A stretch of 64,000 bases of DNA, from contig OX597816.1 of the NCBI GenBank assembly GCA_951406725.2, positions 9,548,001 through 9,612,000 on the forward strand, written 5' to 3'. The stretch comes from Octopus vulgaris. Taxonomy: Eukaryota. Shown here in pieces: positions 16,065-29,099 of the stretch. The notes under the pieces are model-generated. The model was given only the letters and a program-made list of their open reading frames with translations. It was not told where the DNA came from and did not search any database. Made by a program: the position numbers and the translations under genes. Each line of letters starts with the position of its first letter. The first letter of the stretch is position 1.

Positions 16065-16068
<4 letters not shown>

Positions 16069-16260
16069 AATCCAAACATGAACAAGAAAGAAATACAATG
16101 CGGGGACATGGAATAAGTACAGTGTTATTGGATACTCAGGAAAGGAGAGAAAAGAAAGAGGATTTCACATTTCAAGCGGAGCTCATCGTCAGAAATGCAG
16201 AAAAAGTCCAAAGAAGGGAAGACAGAGAAAGAAAATCGCCAACTATACACACACAGTCAC
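16065..16260 (-). mobile_element. Penelope-like pLTR remnant with a decayed hammerhead at ~16162-16196, ending against a (TA)n run
   Basis: The minus strand reads ATTT-CTGACGA-t-GAGC-tcc-GCTT-GAAA-tg-TG-AAAT. It abuts (TA)n at ~16030-16064. Confidence 0.55.
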
Positions 16261-16345
16261 ATAAAAAGGAGGTGGAAATAGGACAGAAGTAAGTCTAAGA
16301 CATTTCAATTTAAGAGGGAATTTAATAAGAAATTATATAAAGAAA

Positions 16346-16383
16346 ATATTACCAGTTTCAATGTATCTCGTCTTATCAAATAT
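16346..16383 (-). ncRNA. Minimal type I hammerhead-like motif (U3-A8 core variant), inverted copy
   Basis: The minus strand reads ATAT-TTGATAA-GACG-agata-CATT-GAAA-ctgg-TA-ATAT. Confidence 0.58.
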
Positions 16384-16494
16384 CAGTAACAATTTATAAA
16401 AATTTGAAGTAAAAACTGTGTACCTTCTGTCTGGGGGTCAAGAACATGTCAAGATAAACTGTTTTTACTTCAAAATTTTTATTAATTTTTGCTG

Positions 16495-16532
16495 ATATTT
16501 GATAAGATGAGATACGTTGAAACCAGTAATAT
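16495..16532 (+). ncRNA. Minimal type I hammerhead-like motif (U3-A8 core variant), partly decayed
   Basis: ATAT-TTGATAA-GATG-agata-CGTT-GAAA-ccag-TA-ATAT parses as stem I, core, stem II, GAAA, short loop III, UH site and stem I'. Confidence 0.6.
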
Positions 16533-18109
16533 TTTCTTTATATAATTTTTTATTAAATTCCCTCTTAAACTGAAATGTCTTAGACTTACTTCTGTACTAT
16601 TTTCACCTCCATCTTTTATATATAAAAATTGATTTCTACAGATCTTTTTTTCAACCTATCTCTCTCTCTCTCTCTCTCTCCCTATATATATATATATATA
16701 CACACACACATGCATATATATAAAATTTATATACATATATAAATACATGCATAGTAATACTATTGTTTATCAATCTTATAGAAATCTATCCAGAAATTAC
16801 ACAATAGTGTCCATAGTAACCCATGATAACAGTTGTATTATAATATTCAATATATGAAATTACTATAATTGATACAAAACAAAAGAGTTGCTTTACTTGG
16901 ACAGCTTGATGAATTATCACAGATATTTTCAATCCAACTTGCACAATAACTTATCAAGGAAAATTTAAAAACTTAAATAATGAAATCCTGTCTGTGACTA
17001 GGCAGTATGACAGATATGAACTTACATCCTAAGTTTTCTTGAGGTTTGTGGCACATTTAGAAAAATCATGAAATTTCAACCAATTTATCTATGATAGTTG
17101 AATTATTGGGTTGGGTTAACAGAATAATCAGTCGAGTATCAGATAAAATGCATTTATGTTATTTAGGTATGACCTTTATATTCTGAGTCCTGCTGAGGTT
17201 GCTTTGTGTTTCATCCTTCTGAGGGCTACAAGACATTGGGGTTGATTTAATTGATGACACTCTCATCACAATGTGGACTAGTGTTACTGTTAAAAATTAC
17301 AATTTATTATAAACGATTATGAAATTTTACAAGCAAAAGTGATCAAGCTACGCTGTTCCTGCTCATTTTAGTTCAATGTAAATGTAACCTCTATCACAAT
17401 CAATGTCTCCTATGTGTTTTTTCTATGGGTGCAAGCAGATTTTATTTTTCTTCGGAAAATATATGCACATCCAAGAAGAAATATGATTTCATCTTCAAAA
17501 CCCTGTGTGCACACATTTTTTTTCTTTGTGACTAATTGTTAAAACAATGTGTGCATGCACACGACTAAGGGAGAGCCTTGACCACAACTACACAACTACC
17601 ATACAGCATATAACCCAACAGAGTAAGTGTCTAAGAGATAAGATATTAAGAATTCCTTAAATCAAGCTGAGAGATGATACAACACATCTGATTGCTATTT
17701 CAATGATATGGGTATGTTATTTTAAAAATAGTTAGACACTTATTACAATGAATTTTACATTTTCTACAATAAGCAAGTGTCAGTATTTTTGATTCAAGAA
17801 ATATTATATAGCCAAAACAATAAAATGTGGTAGAAAAATGCTTTTTGTTTCTGTTTTTTTAAAAAAAATTATTATCTTTTTCTAACAAATACAGGAGACA
17901 ACTGTGGACATGACCCTGCTATTTTGAAGTTCATCAGCAGAAGTGTAGCATTACAATAACTGTGGGAGTTATGGTGAGTTGTCTCTTGTAATTGCTAGAA
18001 ATAATTAAAAATATTAGTTACTTAAGATGATGACAACAATGACAAAGATGATGGAGATGAAAAAAAGAAGCATGAAAAAACATCAAGAGAAATAAATAAA
18101 GGGGAGATT

Positions 18110-18640
18110 AATGTTTGGCTTGTACTCCTTCAATAAGCATAGCAGTATTATGGAACATAAAAAATCCTAGCCTATCTCAAAAGAAAAATTCTAAACCAAT
18201 ACATAACACCAGCAGTCATTTACAGATTAGAAATATGTACCCTAACAGCCGAGATGATGGGAAAACTGGCAGGATGCCAACACAAAATGCAAAGATCAAT
18301 GCTCAACATAACATATAGGGACAGAAAAAAAAAATTGGTAAAAAAGAACAGATGCAAGTAGACAATAATCTTATTGTAAAAAAAGGGGGAAAAATGAACA
18401 TGAACAGGACACATCTTCAGAAAGAGAGAAAACTGTTGGATAAAAACCATCATAGAATGGCAAACAATAGTAGGAAAAAGAGAACAAGGAAGACCCTGAA
18501 AGAGATGGAATAATGAGATTGGCAAAAACTGGACCACCATCAACAGGACATATCAAGCAGGAGACCAAAATCAAAAAATAGAAAAAGAAAAAAATTGGCA
18601 ACAGTATGGTGAGACATTCAGTCAGCAGTGGATCGACAAT
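18110..18640 (+). pseudogene. Highly decayed 3' fragment of an RTE/BovB-like LINE
   Basis: Remnants of the RTE C-terminal motifs GHI.R..ENCW..TI.EW..GKR.QGRP..RW.NEI, with stop codons. Confidence 0.6.
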
Positions 18641-20292
18641 GGCTGACCACAACAAAAATATAATGAATTACTTTCATCAAACATCTGCTTTTGTTTTACA
18701 GCTTGGCTGGCAACATCCCTTCAGATCAGGTAGAACAATGCCAGCCAGTAGGTAAAAATTATTAATGTTAGTGGGCTTGAGACAACTAGCTATATATCAG
18801 TATGTCTCATTCTGAAGAGCCAGTTATATTGCCAGCAGTAACCAAAGATCTTGTGTGTGAAGATCTACCCCATACTGGGCATGAACATTCTGTAGCTATA
18901 GCAACATGTGCTTGGTTGTGAGTAAATGAATGGAGGGAGAGTGGGTGTATGGTGGGGGCAAATAAAAAAATTATGCATATGAAAGGAAAAATGGATGAAA
19001 TATCAAACCAAAGAATTATTTTCTACAACAGAATCCTAAAGTAACTGAAGCAAACTCCAATCTCCATCCTGTATTTATATCTGTTCAAACAAAGTAGATT
19101 TTTCAGTTACCAAATATATAGTCCTCAATTTTATCAAATTTCTCTCTAATGGAGGAAATATGCCTTTGCAAATTCAAGTAATATAATTGACAGAAAAATA
19201 AAACAGAAAATACCTTATAGCATTTTTCTAAATGATATTATTTTAAGGAAAAATAAAAATAACAAGGAAGTGAGCGAGAATATTTATGGCAAGTAAAGCA
19301 TTCCAGAAGCTTTCAGGAATGCAGAATGTTGATTTAATAGGAAATATCCTGATTAAATAACAGAATGTTGATATACTTCGATAAATGTCATATGAAGATG
19401 AAATATAGTTATTACTTCATAGATGGTCAGTTACATTAGTAATTATAGCAATAACTTGTGAGTCAGACAACACTTAATATTCTATGTGCATACAGTACAA
19501 GAAATTATAAATGTTAAGTTGGATTTTATAGCTAAAGCTACATATGTAATAAATACAAGAAGTTGCACAATATGTGGAATGGCAATGCACTATTCAACAG
19601 AATATAGTGTCTAGAATGTTGAGACAAATAATATATCATAGCAAAGAGATAGTGCTTTTGTAATATACATGTTTTCAAGAAGATGGGAGAAATAAAAAAG
19701 GAATAAAAGCAGAAGCACAAACAGATATAAAAGGAAGTGAAATATATAAATATAAAGATAGATATAGCATAGAAATAATCAATTTTGCACTGCAGAAGGT
19801 CGGTTTTTTATTGAATCAAGGTCTTCCACAACAGAAAGGGAGTAAAATCTATAATATGTAATAAGAAAAAGGTTTAAGACTGTGTGTGAGTGCAAATTTA
19901 TAGCTTAGCACTTTAAGAGAATTGAGTAAGTATCTTGTTTGGTAACTCAAAACAATTATCTAAATATTTTGCTTTGATTTGAGTTCAAATTCTGCCAAAA
20001 ATAAGGGATACCAACAGAATGTTTGTTTTTGTTTCAGTCTTTTGCTTCCTTTATTCATTGGAGAGACCCTAACAATTTCTATCCATGCTAGTACCATGAA
20101 AAAAACCCATCCAGTACACTCTGTAAAGTGGTTGGTATTAGGAAGGGTCTTTAAGTCATAGAAGCCATGCCAAAGTGGCCAGTTGAGCCTGATGCAGTTC
20201 TTGGAATCAAGCCTGTCAAACCATCCTATCATCACCACCATCATCATCATTATTTAACATCAATAGAAGCTGGATGTTAAATGATGGTTGAA

Positions 20293-20332
<40 letters not shown>

Positions 20333-22828
20333 GTAATAACAGCATCCTTGTATTTGAATTATCTTTGGAAGATATTTTTTCTAGTTTGTAGTGCTGAGTT
20401 CAAATCCACCTCCAAACTCAATCATAGGCCAAACTCCTTCAATTAACTTACCACTAGATCCACACCCAGTTTGTGATTATCTCTGTATAATGACAATGGA
20501 TATAAATGTTGATCAGTTGGTTAATTTCTCTAGTCAAGCTTTACATCACAGAGAGAGAGAGAATAAAAGAGAGATACTGAGATGGTCAGCATAAAAGTGC
20601 AGGATGAGTGCATATACTAGGCTTAGTGGCAGGCAACAAGTGAAGGAATAATACACACACACAAAGTAAGAAAGAATGAGGATACTTAAGATGAGAGAAA
20701 TAGATTCCTAGTTACAATAAGGTTGTAGCTGAGTGAGTACTGGAGCTGGCACTAATTGTAGAAAGCAGAGTACAATGAGGAGCAAGGGAAAGAGAAGGGG
20801 TAAGTGTCAGAGGTTATTGAGAAAACTGGGGAACTGAATGGAAAGGTGGTTGTATGGATTGTGTAGGTGTTTTAAGCCTAGCTTACATTGTATGAGTGAG
20901 TATAGAAAAATGAAAAAAAAGAGGTTGAGCAAGAGAGAGAATCTGGCTTGATGATATTGAGTCATGGACTATGATGAGAACAGAAAGATGCATAAAGAAT
21001 GCCAAAGACTAAAATTGATGGATATAATGTTTTTTTTAAAATTTTGAATATTGCTTTTACATGTAGCTATGATATATTTATTAGTCATTCATATTTTATC
21101 AATGTGAATGGAATGATCAAACCAAGACCTCAAAGTACTGTTATAATGCACAAAGGTTTCTTCAGTAATACAGATTATGATTAAATAACACAGCATATAT
21201 CCCTGTTCACAATATTTAGATGGGGGATTATTACTTATCTTAATCTTGACCTTAACTGATGACGTCATCAGGACATGATGATCAAGTCATAATAAATATA
21301 GGAAGAAATTTAATTAATATCTAAAAAGGTTTCAGTTATTCTTTTTGTCATTTCATTTTTATGTTTTTGGTTGATAATCATAAGTAGTATTAAAAAAGAT
21401 CTAATTTGAACATACATCATATGTTCAGGAATCAATGAAAGTTTCATCAATTACATGTATGAAATAAAACAAAATCACAAATAATAAAACAAGAACGTTA
21501 GCTCTCAATTTGTATAAGATAATAATTCCAACTTGTAAACTATTGAATTTCTATTGGAAAATATATATGTTACAATAGTTTGTATGTTAACAATGGTTTG
21601 GGGAATGAGCAGTTGATATGGCTGAAGTATCAATTTGATACAAAAAGAATTCAGTAATATTCGTTATTGAATAGCAGATGCTTGTCTAATAATCTGTAAT
21701 GGCCTGAATGGGGTTGGGGGGTAGGGGAAGCATGGGTTGTAGCCAAAGAGTTTTCTCTCAAACTGAAGAGAGTCCATTTAATGGTTGGATCTAATAATAT
21801 TGCAAAAACCATTTATTGCTTTCCTGATAAGAGAATAGTCAGTAGTTGGTACTGTTGTCTGGGCGTTCTACAATAACTAAAGTAAGTATGCTACTATACA
21901 GATAATTAGCTTGTTGCAAACAGTAGCAATGAAAGGCAATCACTTCTTCAGATTTCCCCAGATGATTTGAAAATGGAAATGAGTCTGATAGAAATGTTAT
22001 TATTTGCTTGTTATTTTTATATCCTAAAGGATTTCCTGGCTGTATGAAATACCGAAATGTCATGTTAAAGGAAATGAGCATAGGATATCTATTTCAAGAT
22101 TTATTGATGCTACTTTGCTTTGCTTTTGTATATAACTTCAAAACTACAAGTAGAAGAGTGCGCAGTTAACTTTAGTCTATTAAATGTAATACAAATGATG
22201 ATAAAATTATGTACCATATCTGTAATTCTTATATTTTCGTTTTAAACTAATGAGAAAATGCTTTCAAGAAAATGTTCTTGAATTAGTAGTGATATATGTA
22301 TATTTCTGTACAATTACTTATTATAAGTATATCTATGCGCATAACATACATCTATTGATTGACACACTGATCGATCGATTATATTCACTCTATAACTCTG
22401 AGCAGAATCACTGATGCAGCTTGTTTTCTTTCTTTTTTTCTATTTTGTTTTATATATTATATATAAGATTATGTTGTTCATGATTAATGATAATGTTGTT
22501 TGAAATTATATCACATTGTGAAAATTTTCTATATCTTACCTCCCACATGAAATTTTTCTACATTCTCCATGGCTATCATTGTTGCTGCTGTTATTTATTG
22601 TTTTATTTTTTTTAGCCTTGGGTCAACTCTGATCAGGCAGATCAATGATCAAAAGCATTCCATTCATGACCAGCTCGTCTTTTATTCAAGTATTGTATAT
22701 TTATGACAATATATCATTGGATGTGTCCTTCTTTTTGCAACATGGTATAGAGTGATTTGAAGATTTTACAGTTATTTCTAGTATGGTCAAAGAATTATGT
22801 ATAATCTCTTTCTTTGATTCAATATTTA

Positions 22829-23130
22829 AAAGGTAAAGTTCCTCTTTGGTCATGAATGACCATGGGATTGCACCTAGAAAGTTACCCTCGGAAGCACAAA
22901 TCTGGGCAAGGTTGTTTATGGAAGACCAGCAGTCACCAGTGCATACCAAATGCTCATACAGTTTGGCACCAGGGATATCACAACTCTTTTCTACAGTTGA
23001 ATGAACTGAACTGGAGCAGTGTGAAATAAAGTGTCTTGCTCAAGAACACAACACATAGTCTGGTCTTGGAATCCAACTCACTACCACACGATGGTGAGCC
23101 TGATACTCTAGCCACTGAGCCATGCACACT
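22829..23130 (-). mobile_element. tRNA-SINE with a CORE-like central block; a related head lies at ~4660-4790 (plus)
   Basis: Minus strand: TGGCTCAGTGG...GTTGGATTCC...GTGTTCTTGAGCAAGACACTT. Confidence 0.7.
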
Positions 23131-23729
23131 TATACTTAACTTTAAAGCCAGTATAGACACAACATTTTCTAAAGGTTGTGATATTCAAGTGAATAACAAG
23201 CAACCAGCTACAAACGATTGCCTATATCTGTGAAATGAGTTGGGCACCTCCAATCAGTGAATTACTTAGAGTTGGAAGAGAATGAGGGGGAGTTACTCTT
23301 TAACACCTGGTTTTCTGACCAGGCAGTCCTATGATCAAAGAAAGATGTTTCAATCATGACCATCGTCTTCTTTCATATCAAAGACTCTGCTATCTAATGT
23401 ATCATTTATCATTAAACTAGTGGAGTGTGAATTGAAGAAAATTTGGCTGCTATTTCTTTCAGGTCGTATGATTGTGTACAGACTCTCTTGCTGGTTCATA
23501 GATCGGTAGATAATTTAACTAGGAGATAAGTCATATAATGAGATGGAAAATGGAGTAAGAACTAACATCAAGGGGAAAGAAAATTTTCTTAACCAAGGGA
23601 AATGAGAATAGGATAGGAGGGTTGTGAATTTTCTACCCAATGAGAAGAGGATGTATGAAATGCAATAAATTGATATTTTAAGAAAAATTTAAAATATACA
23701 AATAGAGTTAAGAATAACAAATATATACA

Positions 23730-24130
23730 GCAAGCATGGCTGTGTGGTAAGAAGTTTGCTTCTGAACCACATGGTTCCAGGTTCAGTCCCATTGCATGCA
23801 CTTTGGGCAAGTGCCTTCTACTATGGCTTCAGGTCAACTAAAACTTTGTGAGTGAATTTGGGGTTGACAGAAACAGAAAGAAGCCTGTTGTATATATGTG
23901 TGTGTCTTTGAGTCTGTGTTTGTCCCCCCCACCCAACCATTTGACAACTGGTGTTGGTGTGTTTACATCCATGTAACTTAGCAGTTTGACAAAAGAGACT
24001 GATAGAATAAGTAATAGGCTTAAGAAATTAAGTACTGGGGTCAATTTATTTGAGTAAAAAGTTCTTCATGGCAGTGTCCTAGCATGGCTGCTGTTTAATG
24101 ACCGAAACAAGTAAATGGTAAAAGATAAAA
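23730..24130 (+). mobile_element. Family A tRNA-SINE
   Basis: TGGCTGTGTGGTAAG...GGTTCAGTCCC...GAAACAAGTAAA. Confidence 0.88.
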
Positions 24131-24975
24131 TTGAAAAATTAAATAAATATAAATAAATACAATTAACTGCAAATAAAACTAAATACAAATATAAGAAATA
24201 AGGTCAACCCAGCCACATAGGAATGATGGCATCAGAGTACACAACATCTGAGACGATCATGGGCCATGTCTCTGACAACCTGAGTAATTCCAAATTGCCA
24301 GACAGAACATTTATATGAAGTAAAATGTCATTGAATAGAAATGTGTATGAAACACTATCAGTTCACTTTGTCCTGAGATTAGGAAACGATGGATATTATG
24401 GATTATGAAACTGGACAAGCCAGCTATAAAGGAGCTTATTACAAACATGGTTAGTATGGATGAACTGCCAGTCTATCCAGCTTAGATACTGAGATGCTGA
24501 AAGCATCGGTCTTTTTAGGTACTGTGTAATTAATTACATTTTGCTGGATGGTATTATATGTAATGTCTGGCATGCAATGCTTTCAAAATCTGCTGCAATA
24601 ACAATGACAATGTACTGGAGACAGTTAATTACAGAAACTCAAGCACCAGTATTTTTAAGTATTTTATTGGTTATTTGTATAATTAAGTTTTACTGGACAG
24701 TTTCAGCTGTAATGTCTGGAAAGAAGTATTATCAAAAGCTGTTACAATGAGAAAGGAAATGCATAGAAGACAGTTAATTCCAAAGATTCATGTACTGAGA
24801 GTGGCAGGGAGTTTCAGGTTAAACTTGTACCAGGACAGAAACCACACTCATTATAATTCTAGCAATAGATATGCATGCTGGAATTCTTAGCTAAAACAAA
24901 TAGCTCTACTTTGCTTTAATTGAATTAGAAAAGATACTACCCAGTAATTTTGTGGATGATAAAATGTTCGATATA

Positions 24976-25355
24976 GGAATAGGCGTGACTGAGTAGTAAG
25001 AAGCTTGCTTTTTAACCACTACGTTCTGAGTTCAGTCCCACTGCATGGTACTTCAGACAAATGTCTGCAACTATAGCCTCAGACCAACCAAGGCCTTGTG
25101 AGTGGATTTGGTAGATGAAAACTGAAAGAAGCTCATTGTATCGTATATGTGTGTGTGTGTGTGTCCCATCACTGCTTGCCAATTGGTGTTGGTGTGTTTA
25201 CATCCTGGCAACTTACTGATTTGGTGAAAGAGAGTGATAGGATAAGTACCAAGCTTTTAAAAAAATAATACTGGGGCCAATTCATTTAACTAAAATACCC
25301 TTTAAAGTGGTGCTCCAGCATGGACAGGTTACAATGACTGAAACAAAAGATAAAA
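24976..25355 (+). mobile_element. Family A tRNA-SINE
   Basis: Same blocks as the other copies, more diverged. Confidence 0.85.
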
Positions 25356-25652
25356 TGTACAAATAACTCAGGAGTAAAGTTCAAACAAGTTTTGAACTGG
25401 CAGGAATTTAGTGTGAATCAGAGTTCTGTCTTCAGATCTTTTCTTTTCATTATAACACTTGAGTTTAAAAGAGTTTAAAAGAGGATGTATATAAAAACAT
25501 TTATGTATTGATGAATTGGTTATCATAGCACAATGTTTCAAAAAGGTTCCAGAAATGGAATGATGGACAAGTACTAAATCTTAACATGATAATGACCCAA
25601 GTTACATCAGCAATGATTGACCTGTCATTATTAGAGATGAATTATTAAAATA

Positions 25653-26066
25653 AGGTGGTGAGCTGGCAGAATCATTTGCATGCTGGGTGAAATGCTTAAT
25701 AGCATTTTGTCTGTCTTTACATTCTGAGGTCAACTTTGCCTTATATGCTTTCAGAGTCAATGAATTAAGTACCAGTCGAACACTGGGATTGATGTAATTG
25801 ACTTACCCTCTCCCACTGAAATTGTTGGCCTTGTGTTAAAATTTGATACCATTATTAGAGCAATCAAAATAAGATGGTGAACTAGCAAGATTATTAGCAC
25901 AACATTTTGTCTGGCTTTACATTCTGAGTTCAAATTCTGCCAAGGTCAGCTTTGTCTTTCATCCTTTCAAGGTTGATGAAATAAGTATCGGTTGACAATT
26001 GGGGTTGATCTAATTCACTTACCCACCCACCCAAAATTTCAGGCTTTGTGCCTATTGAAGAAAGAA
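25653..26066 (+). mobile_element. Two tandem family B SINE copies (~25653-25850 and ~25871-26066)
   Basis: Both have the pattern GGTGA.CT.GCA...TTCTGAG...CTTTG.CTT.CAT.CTTTC...AAGTA.C.GT. Confidence 0.8.
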
Positions 26067-27013
26067 TTATTAGAGCTCTCAATTAATAGGTGATCATTAC
26101 TATCCCATTAATGGATGGGATGGGAAGGAATGAGAGTTTGCCGAGTAAGTCATATAAAGAGCAGGAAATGAACCAGGATCAAAGAGTCCGCCAGGATTGC
26201 CTGCCATTCCTATAATTACAATTAGTATAAGTATCCACTAACTGCATTAGTTAAAAAAACAGCTATTAGTGTTATGTGTGTGTATGTATATATACACACA
26301 CACACACACATAAATGTAATGAAAAAGCAGCTATATTTTTGTGCAATATTTAAAATTATTCACAATGCATGAAAAATTTTCTTTAGAAGAGATATACACT
26401 GGCTGCAGTGATATAATTGGATGGAAAATGGAATCAGATTTAAGCTGGTTGATTTAGTTAGACACATACAAATGAAAATAGCCATGAAATCTGATGATGG
26501 ATTGGTTAAGTGACATGGATAAAATGCAAACAAAATAACTCTAATATTTGAATAACCTCCATAAATTGAGTCTATTAACTAATGCAGCTATCAAAGAGAT
26601 ATGTTCTTCTATTTTACACATGGATGAGTAAATTCATGAATTTTTCAAATGAACAAAGCTACAAAATCAAGTTATGGTAGTGGTCAATTATTTTGCAGTG
26701 TATGTATGTGCATGTGCATTTGTGTATGTATTAATGAGTGTATATGCACACACACACACACATACACACACATATATATATATGCATACATGTATGTATG
26801 TGTATATATGTTATACTTGTATATATACATGTATGTATACATATAAACATACATATATATGTACACACATGTATATAAGCAAATATATGTATTTATGTAT
26901 TATATATATATATATATACATACACATGCATTATACAAATATATATATATATATACACATGCATTATACAAAGATATATATATATATATATATTTGTATA
27001 ATGCATGTGTATG

Positions 27014-27069
<56 letters not shown>

Positions 27070-27583
27070 TATGTAAGTGTGTGTGAATGCTGTTACCGAA
27101 TAAAAAGATATAATGTATAAACAGTTCAACTGTGTTAGCTACCAAATAACTGAATGAATAACTTATTTGCATCAAATAGCACATGTAAGATTGTTATCAA
27201 ATTCCTACCCTGCATGCATTCCTTAAGGAATTTCTCTTTTTTTTTTTATAGTCCACTAGAGCAGAATTATCTTCTATCTGCTGTTTCCAGTGATCTCCCT
27301 AATACAATTTGCCAGTGATGTTATTACTGCAATTGCCCACTCAGCTATAATTGTTTATATATTTATGCACATTCAATGAGTAGAAACATGCAAGACAATC
27401 AGCTACAGATTTAACAACACTGAATAAAATCAATTGCACATAGTAATCAGAGTGAGAAGAAGAAAGGGAGAGAGAGAGAGAGAGAGGAAGAGAGAGGGAG
27501 GAAGAAAGAGAGAAAGGCAGAGAAGGAGTACTATTTTTTTTTGTTTTTTTTTTTTACTTTTAACAAAGTAAAAAAGAAAAGGT

Positions 27584-27902
27584 ACAGGCTTGGCTGTGTG
27601 GTAAGAAGCTTGCTTCCTAACCACATGGTTTCAGGTTCAGTCTGATTGCATGGCACCTTGGGCAAGTGTCATAGTTTTGGACTGACTAAAGCCTTATGAG
27701 TGGATTTTCTAGATGGAAGCTGGAAGAAGCCCATATATGGGCAGGAGTGGCTGTGTGGTAAGTAGCTTGCTAACCAACCACATGGTTCCGGGTTCAGTCC
27801 CACTGCGTAGCATCTTGGGGAAGTGTCTTCTGCTATAGATCCGGGCCGACCAAAGCCTTGTGAGTGGATTTGGTAGACGGAAACTGAAAGAAGCCTGTCG
27901 TA

Positions 27903-27969
<67 letters not shown>

Positions 27970-28402
27970 TTGTGTGTCTGTGTTTGTCCCCCTAGCATTG
28001 CTTGACAACCGATGCTGGTGCGTTTACATCCCCGTCACTTAGCGGTTCGGCAAAAGAGACCGATAGAATAAATACTGGGCTTACAAAGAATAAGTTCCGG
28101 AGTTGATTTGCTCGACTAAAGGCGGTGCTCCAGCATGGCCGCAGTCAAATGACTGAAACAAGTAAAAAAAAAAAATATACATATTTGCATGTATGTCTTT
28201 GTTTTTGTGTTCCCAACCCCCACTGCTTGGTAACCAGTGACGGTGTGTTTATGCCCCTATAATTCATCAGTTCATCTAAAGAGACTGAAAGAATAAGTAC
28301 TAGGTTTAAAAAAGTACTAGTGTTGATTCATTTGACTAAGAATTCTTCAAGGCAGTGCCCCAGCATGACTACAGACCAATGACTGAAACAAGTAAAAGAT
28401 AA
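27584..28402 (+). mobile_element. Older family A SINE split by the younger copy (halves ~27584-27738 and ~28176-28402)
   Basis: The head ends at GAAGCCCATATAT. The body resumes after the young copy's A-tail and ends in a second GACTGAAACAAGTAAAAG. Confidence 0.85.
27739..28175 (+). mobile_element. Young tRNA-derived SINE (family A) with an internal (TA)n/(TG)n tract
   Basis: A-box-like TGGCTGTGTGG and B-box-like GGTTCAGTCCC; 3' end GACTGAAACAAGTAAAA; CpGs retained. Confidence 0.9.
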
Positions 28403-28596
28403 ATGATTTTACAAGTGTGTCAATCACTAAAGTGAAAATTTAGTTTTTAGACATTTACATTTTATAAAACTATTTTCCTGGACTATTTTATGCTTCCAGA
28501 CCATGTGGTTTCAGATTCAGTCCTACTGCAGTGGATGCAGATGGGAATGAAGGAATGGTTATTTTGTAAAATTGTTATGGAAGGGTAACAGAGGGT

Positions 28597-28985
28597 TGCA
28601 GCTGTCTTACTAAGAAGATGGCATCAGTGATAGTCCTCCCTGGCACAAAACCGAGCTGCATCTCATTTAAACTAATTCTGTTACTAATTAACTGGGTTAT
28701 ATTCCTCTGCAACTTTCATTATCTGGTTCAGCAATGTGAAACCTTTATAATTACTTCTATCTAAGGCATCTTCTTTGCTCTTCTTTGCTCTTATAACAGA
28801 CAACAATAATACTTTTACACCATTGAGTGTATCACCTTCCTGTGCAACACATTTAACTGTACAAAAGACTAGGTTGTATTTTACTCTGCCAGATATTTTA
28901 AGCATCTCAGCTGTAATTCCTCAAGGACCATAAGCTTTCTTTGCTTTCATATCTTTAATTACATTATGTATCATACTGCTGTCTA
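28597..28985 (-). pseudogene. Decayed RTE RT fragment, related to the intact LINE in this window
   Basis: Encodes MLKISG..., DALDRSNYKGFTLLNQIMKVAE and MQLGFVPGRTITDAIFLVRQLQ, collinear with the 54285 ORF. Confidence 0.85.
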
Positions 28986-28999
28986 CAATATAAATATAA

Positions 29000-29045
<46 letters not shown>

Positions 29046-29099
29046 ACGTATGTATGTCATTATTCAGTTTTATTTTGTTTTATTCAGCTGTAATATTCT

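Larger units (their letters stand above)
16261..16620. mobile_element. ~165 bp inverted repeat, probably inverted Penelope-like pLTR remnants, each arm with a hammerhead-like motif
   Basis: 16261-16426 is the reverse complement of ~16451-16620, with scattered mismatches and a ~24 bp spacer. The right arm has ATTAAA downstream of the motif and ends in (TA)n. Confidence 0.7.

Noticed and set aside
21256-21295. 16 bp palindrome CTGATGACGTCATCAG, a possible old hammerhead
   Set aside because: The GAAA half of the core is absent; too decayed to support.
26649-27184. Cluster of 60-148 aa ORFs
   Set aside because: Translations of TA/CA/TG microsatellites; the same applies to most short ORFs in the track.
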